The position numbers and the translations under genes are program-made. Positions 7,038-11,108 of a stretch of 11,108 bases of DNA are shown here, one piece after another. This DNA is from Candidatus Thermofontivivens primus (GTDB lineage Bacteria; Sysuimicrobiota; Sysuimicrobiia; Sysuimicrobiales; Thermofontiviventaceae), in NCBI GenBank assembly GCA_031458695.1, contig JAVKJW010000048.1:1-11108 (forward strand), given 5' to 3'. Each line of letters starts with the position of its first letter. The first letter of the stretch is position 1. The notes under the pieces are model-generated. The model was not told where the DNA came from. It made no database searches and saw nothing but the letters and a program-made list of their open reading frames with translations.

Positions 7038-8708
7038 ATGGTCCGGAGGATCCTGGCAGGTCTCGCGGTCGCCGTGGTCCTCGTTGCGGTGGGGTACGGA
7101 TCCCAACGCTTGGCGGAGTCGAGCTGGAACGCCGTTGTGCACTACAAAAGCCCGTATGCCCGCCCGCTCGTGGAGGGCGAAGCAGGGAGACCGCTGGCGC
7201 ACCGCCTCGTGCTCGTCGTTATAGACGGTCTCCGCGAGGACGCTTCCCGCAGGATGCCTAACTTGAATGCGCTGCGAGACCTAGGGGCCGATTTCGTCGC
7301 CTGGGCAGGCGAACCATCCCTCTCGCTCCCAGGCTGGACGGTCATCATCTCAGGCGCCCCCCAAGAGGTGAGTGGCGTCACCACAAACTGGTACAAGGGG
7401 CCCGTTCAGGTCGATAGCATCTTCGCGGCAGCCAAGCGGGTAGGCATGCGAACAGCGCTCGCCGGGACGCCGGGATGGCGGGAGTTATTTGGCCCATGGA
7501 TCGATGATCGTCGCATCGTGCCCGACCCGAAGTACGGGGACGTTGAGGGGTTGTATCGCACCGACGCGGTGATTGCCGATGCCGCCATCGATCTCCTGAA
7601 GACCCCTGCGCGGTTGATCGTCGTGCACTTTCCCGGCCCTGATGTCGCGGGCCACAGCTTCGGCGCAGTAAGCCCAGTGTACGCAGAGGCCATCCGGAGG
7701 GTGGATGAATACATCGGGCAGATCCACCAAGCCGCCGGCCAGGGAACTGTTCTCATTGTCACGGCAGATCATGGCCACATCGATCGCGGAGGGCATGGAG
7801 GCTGGGAACCCGAGGTCAGGCGGACCCCCCTTGTCCTGGCGGGGGAGGGGATCCGGCCTGGGCTCAAGGGGCCAGAGGTCCGTCAAATGGACATCGCTCC
7901 CACCATCTCCATTCTCCTCGGCCTTCCCATCCCTGCCCATAACAACGGGCGCCCTCTGGTGGAAGCCTTGGAAGGAGACCTCCAGCCGGCGGTGAAGCGG
8001 TGGGTCGACCAGCAGAAAGCAATCGTAGATTTCTCCATTCGTCAGCTTGGGAGGAGTGTCCCACCCGTGGCGAACATGGAGGTCCTAACCGGCGACGTCC
8101 TCTCTGCCCAGAAGGCCCTTTGGACCTCCTTGACGCAGGTCAAACGGGAGAAGTTGAACTCCGAGCGCTTCCGGCGCCTTCCCCTCGCTGCAGGGTCGAT
8201 CCTCCCTGTTCTCCTGTACGCCGTGTGGTCTGCCAAGCGCGGATCGCTGGCGATGGCGCTTGGGGGAATGGTGGCGTATTTTTTGGTTGCGCTGGCGCTC
8301 TTTTTCGGAAGGGGGTTTCACTGGTCACTCAGTGTCTTTAACACAGAGGAGCAGATCTTGCAATTCTTCACCGCGCGTATGATCGACGCCGTGATCGCCC
8401 TGGCCGTTGGGGTCTTGCTTGCAGGGGCGCTGAGCGCCCGGAGGACGCCAGGAGAGGCTGCTTTCGCAGGGCTGGATACCGCCGCGCTGGTTGCCGGCGC
8501 CTTGGTTCTCCAGGTGGCCTACTTCTACTGGCTCTGGGATGTGAAGTTCCCCTGGTACCTCCCCGACCTGCGGTTGGGGTTCAAGTACTACCTGGACCTG
8601 CTGCAGCTCACGCCGGTTGGCCTCCTCTCCCCGCTCGCGCCCCTCCTCGGTCTCGCCGGCTTCGGCGCCGCCCGCCTCCTGAGACGTGTTGAGAAACTTC
8701 CTTCATGA
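7038..8708 (+). CDS. Membrane-anchored alkaline phosphatase superfamily protein (NPP/phosphodiesterase or phosphotransferase-like) with C-terminal TM helices
   Basis: Start ATG 7038 with GGAGG RBS and an N-terminal hydrophobic anchor. Metal-site motifs LVLVVIDGLR, HFPGPDVAGH, TADHG, GGHGG; candidate nucleophile in PSLSLP; QMDIAPT. About 5 hydrophobic segments at the C-terminus. Confidence 0.85.
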   Translation: MVRRILAGLAVAVVLVAVGYGSQRLAESSWNAVVHYKSPYARPLVEGEAGRPLAHRLVLVVIDGLREDASRRMPNLNALRDLGADFVAWAGEPSLSLPGWTVIISGAPQEVSGVTTNWYKGPVQVDSIFAAAKRVGMRTALAGTPGWRELFGPWIDDRRIVPDPKYGDVEGLYRTDAVIADAAIDLLKTPARLIVVHFPGPDVAGHSFGAVSPVYAEAIRRVDEYIGQIHQAAGQGTVLIVTADHGHIDRGGHGGWEPEVRRTPLVLAGEGIRPGLKGPEVRQMDIAPTISILLGLPIPAHNNGRPLVEALEGDLQPAVKRWVDQQKAIVDFSIRQLGRSVPPVANMEVLTGDVLSAQKALWTSLTQVKREKLNSERFRRLPLAAGSILPVLLYAVWSAKRGSLAMALGGMVAYFLVALALFFGRGFHWSLSVFNTEEQILQFFTARMIDAVIALAVGVLLAGALSARRTPGEAAFAGLDTAALVAGALVLQVAYFYWLWDVKFPWYLPDLRLGFKYYLDLLQLTPVGLLSPLAPLLGLAGFGAARLLRRVEKLPS

Positions 8709-8745
8709 GATTTTGCAGGTACGAAGAAGCACAAGGAGGTTGGTG

Positions 8746-9141
8746 ATGAAGAAAGGGGGAGTGTTGAACAGCGAGCTTTCCCACATCATTGCCACGATGG
8801 GTCATACCGACGCCCTTGTCGTGGCTGATAGCGGGTTACCGATTCCCGGAAGCGTGCGCAAGGTAGACCTCGCGCTTGTGAAAGGAGTCCCCGGGTTCCT
8901 GGAGACGGTGGAGGCGATTCTCCAAGAACTCCAGGTTGAACGCGTCATTGTGGCAAGGGAGATGTCCGAGCGCAGTCCCCAGCTGTACGAGCAGGTGAGA
9001 TCTCTCTTTGCTGCCGTTCCCATTGAAGAAATCCCCCATGAGGAGTTTAAAGCCAAAGTCTCCGGAGCCAAAGCAGTGGTACGGACGGGAGAGTGTACTC
9101 CCTACGCAAACATTATCCTTATCTCCGGGGTGATCTTTTAA
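8746..9141 (+). CDS. rbsD: D-ribose pyranase
   Basis: MKKGGVLNSELSHIIATMGHTD..VVADSGLPIP, VDLAL..GVP.F, IPHEEFK, AVVRTGECTPYANIILISGVIF. AAGGAGGT RBS. Confidence 0.95.
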   Translation: MKKGGVLNSELSHIIATMGHTDALVVADSGLPIPGSVRKVDLALVKGVPGFLETVEAILQELQVERVIVAREMSERSPQLYEQVRSLFAAVPIEEIPHEEFKAKVSGAKAVVRTGECTPYANIILISGVIF

Positions 9142-9203
9142 GGAGTCCCGCCGGAATCTTTTGCAGGCTCCTTTACAGCCACTCTTTCCTGATTCCTTTG
9201 AGG

Positions 9204-9229
9204 AGGAGAATTGCCCATAAGAGGCGAAT
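9204..9229 (+). promoter_or_regulatory. Sigma-H-like promoter motif upstream of the LacI regulator-rbsK
   Basis: GG-AGGA-GAATTGCCCATAAGAGGC-GAAT-AG (AGGA-N18-GAAT); a LacI-type operator follows 15 nt downstream. Confidence 0.52.
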
Positions 9230-9244
9230 AGAAAAACTGAGTTT

Positions 9245-9258
9245 TGAAAACGATTTCA
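9245..9258. promoter_or_regulatory. LacI-family operator (cre/RbsR-like pseudo-palindrome)
   Basis: TGAAAACGATTTCA is a near-perfect palindrome with central CG, typical of LacI/GalR operators. It ends 4 nt before the LacI-family ATG. Confidence 0.75.
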
Positions 9259-9262
9259 TCCC

Positions 9263-10282
9263 ATGGCAACGACGATCCACGATGTCGCAAGGGAGGCAGG
9301 GGTATCTGCAAGTACCGTCTCCCGCGTATTGAACGGTACCGCCCCTGTGAACGAGGAGAAACGGCGCAGAGTCCTGCACGCCGTAGAGAAACTGAACTAC
9401 CGGCCAAACGCCCTGGCCAGGGGCCTCAAGAAGAAGCGGACATACACCATCGGCCTGATCGTCCCGGATATCACCAATCCATTCTTCGCAGAGGTGGCGA
9501 AGGGTGTAGAGGATGCTTCACGGGATTACGGGTATACCGTCATCCTTTGTAACTCGGAGAACGATCCGGCGCGGGAGCGGACCTATCTGAACGTCCTCGG
9601 GGAGAAGCAGGTAGATGGGGTGATCTTCGTCACCGCCGGTTCCAACGAAGTGAATCGCAGCACTCCGCTGGAAAGCCCAATTCCCCTCGTGATGCTCGAT
9701 CGGGAGATCCCTGGGATTCATGCGGACTCTGTGCTTGTGGACAACAAAAGGGGAGCATACGAGGCCGCGAAGCATCTCCTCACCCTGGGCCACAAGCGGA
9801 TTGGCATCATCACAGGGCCATTGCCCCTGAGTACTGCGGGGGAGCGCTGGGAAGGGTACCGGAAAGCGATGCGGGAAGCTGGGGTTCCCGTCGACCCCCG
9901 TCTCGTCAAGAACGGGGGGTTCACCTTCGAGGGGGGCTACGCAGCGATGCAAGAGATCCTGGGAGAAGGAGACCCTCCCTCTGCACTCCTGGCCTCCAGC
10001 GACATCATGGCATTGGGAGCCATGAAAGCAATCGAGGAATGTGGCTTCCGCATCCCTGAGGATGTGGCCGTCGTGGGTTTTGACGATATCATGGTGGCCT
10101 CCCTGGTCAAACCTGCTCTCACCACTGTTGCCCAACCAAAGCGCCAGATGGGCCAGCTGGCTGTGGAGATGATCGTGGAACGCCTTGAGAGAGGGAGGAA
10201 ACGGGTGAGGAGGGTCCTCTTGGCTCCGAGGCTTGTGATCCGGGAATCGTGTGGATGCGGAAGGTGCGACGATGGGGCCTAG
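9263..10282 (+). CDS. rbsR: LacI-family transcriptional repressor, probably ribose operon repressor
   Basis: HTH TIHDVAREAGVSASTVSRVLN, hinge YRPNALARGL, IGLIVPDITNPFF, IPEDVAVVGFDD, PALTTVAQP, LVIRESC. The rbsR symbol rests on its position between rbsD and rbsK. Confidence 0.85.
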   Translation: MATTIHDVAREAGVSASTVSRVLNGTAPVNEEKRRRVLHAVEKLNYRPNALARGLKKKRTYTIGLIVPDITNPFFAEVAKGVEDASRDYGYTVILCNSENDPARERTYLNVLGEKQVDGVIFVTAGSNEVNRSTPLESPIPLVMLDREIPGIHADSVLVDNKRGAYEAAKHLLTLGHKRIGIITGPLPLSTAGERWEGYRKAMREAGVPVDPRLVKNGGFTFEGGYAAMQEILGEGDPPSALLASSDIMALGAMKAIEECGFRIPEDVAVVGFDDIMVASLVKPALTTVAQPKRQMGQLAVEMIVERLERGRKRVRRVLLAPRLVIRESCGCGRCDDGA

Positions 10283-11108
10283 GATCGTGGTGGTTGGGAG
10301 CCTCAATATGGATCTGGTGATCAAAACGCCGCGGATCCCGGCCGTGGGGGAAACGGTGCTCGGCGAGGAGTTTCACACATACCCTGGTGGAAAGGGCGCA
10401 AACCAAGCGGTGGCTTCGGCCCGCCTCGGTGCAGAGGTGTTCATGGTCGGGCGCGTGGGGAAAGACACCTTTGGGCGGGAGTTGCTGCAAAGCGTCGCTT
10501 CCAAGGGAGTAGATACGCGATTCGTCCTGGAGGACCCAGTGCACGCGACGGGAGTTGCCTTCATCGCTGTGGACGGATCAGGGAACAATGCGATCGTGGT
10601 CGCTCCTGGAGCAAACATGCATGTCTCCCCAGCAGATGTGGACCAAGCAGAAGAAGTCATGAAGGATGCGCGGGCGCTGATCCTCCAGTTGGAGATCCCT
10701 ATAGAGACGGTGCTCTATACTGCGCAGATCGCCAAGAACCATGGAGTGCCGGTCATCCTGGACCCCGCGCCCGCTGCCCCGCTCCCTGCACGCATGTATG
10801 AGCTTGTCGATGTGCTTGTCCCCAACGAACACGAGGCGGAGGTGCTCACCGGGATCCCTATTCATGGACCGGAGGAGGCAAGGGATGCTGCAAGGATCCT
10901 CCAAGAGAGGGGCGTGCCTGTTGTGATTGTCAAACTGGGTCCCTCGGGCGCCCTTCTCATGGGTCCCTCGGGCGTCCATCACGTGCCTGGGGTTCCCGTA
11001 CAGGCTGTGGATACAACCGCCGCTGGCGATGCATTCGCGGGAGGGTTTGCCGTCGCCCTTGCGGAGGGGAAGGATCTTCTAGAGGCAACACGGTTTGCAA
11101 ACTACGTG
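10272..11108 (+). CDS. rbsK: Ribokinase (PfkB family), 3' end truncated by window edge
   Basis: Not in the ORF track; translated by hand from ATG 10272, overlapping the LacI gene end by 11 nt: MGPRIVVVGSLNMDLV...GETVLG...PGGKGANQAVASARLG...LILQLEIP...LVPNEHEA...AVDTTAAGDAFAGGFAVAL. AAGGTG RBS. Confidence 0.95.
   Translation, partial: MGPRIVVVGSLNMDLVIKTPRIPAVGETVLGEEFHTYPGGKGANQAVASARLGAEVFMVGRVGKDTFGRELLQSVASKGVDTRFVLEDPVHATGVAFIAVDGSGNNAIVVAPGANMHVSPADVDQAEEVMKDARALILQLEIPIETVLYTAQIAKNHGVPVILDPAPAAPLPARMYELVDVLVPNEHEAEVLTGIPIHGPEEARDAARILQERGVPVVIVKLGPSGALLMGPSGVHHVPGVPVQAVDTTAAGDAFAGGFAVALAEGKDLLEATRFANYV
10936..10974 (+). repeat. 15-bp direct repeat inside rbsK (24-bp period)
   Basis: TGGGTCCCTCGGGCG at 10936-10950 and 10960-10974, encoding GPSG twice (KLGPSGALLMGPSGV). 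Confidence 0.7.

Noticed and set aside
9140..9175. Hairpin after rbsD (AAGGAG...CTCCTT) as a terminator
   Set aside because: Imperfect stem, large loop and no U-tract after it; not supportable.
9201..9231. AGGAGG followed by a TTG-started 6-codon mini-ORF (MPIRGE)
   Set aside because: Too short to support; the same bases are better explained as the sigma-H-like promoter motif.
9518..10324. 268-aa minus-strand ORF
   Set aside because: Antisense shadow of the LacI-family gene.

Overview
GC-rich bacterial chromosomal window with no mobile elements, CRISPR arrays or RNA genes seen. The minus-strand left half is a phosphate-uptake locus: a 323-aa regulator followed by pstS-pstC-pstA-pstB-phoU (phoU runs off the window edge). 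The plus-strand right half is divergently transcribed: rplY/ctc, pth, a membrane-anchored alkaline-phosphatase-superfamily enzyme, rbsD, a LacI-family repressor (RbsR-like) and a partial rbsK. The main finding is the gene heading the pst operon. It fuses a DUF47/PhoU-like helical domain directly to an OmpR/PhoB-type winged-helix DNA-binding domain and has no receiver domain. Just downstream, an 11-bp-periodic Pho-box-like repeat sits 10 bp from a -10-like hexamer in the pstS promoter region. Together these suggest a kinase-independent, one-component phosphate-sensing regulator (inference). Also notable are three intergenic sigma-H-like motifs (AGGA-N17/18-GAAT, all with GCGAATA) and a bacterial protein with PIG-N/GPI ethanolamine-phosphate-transferase-like motifs and topology.
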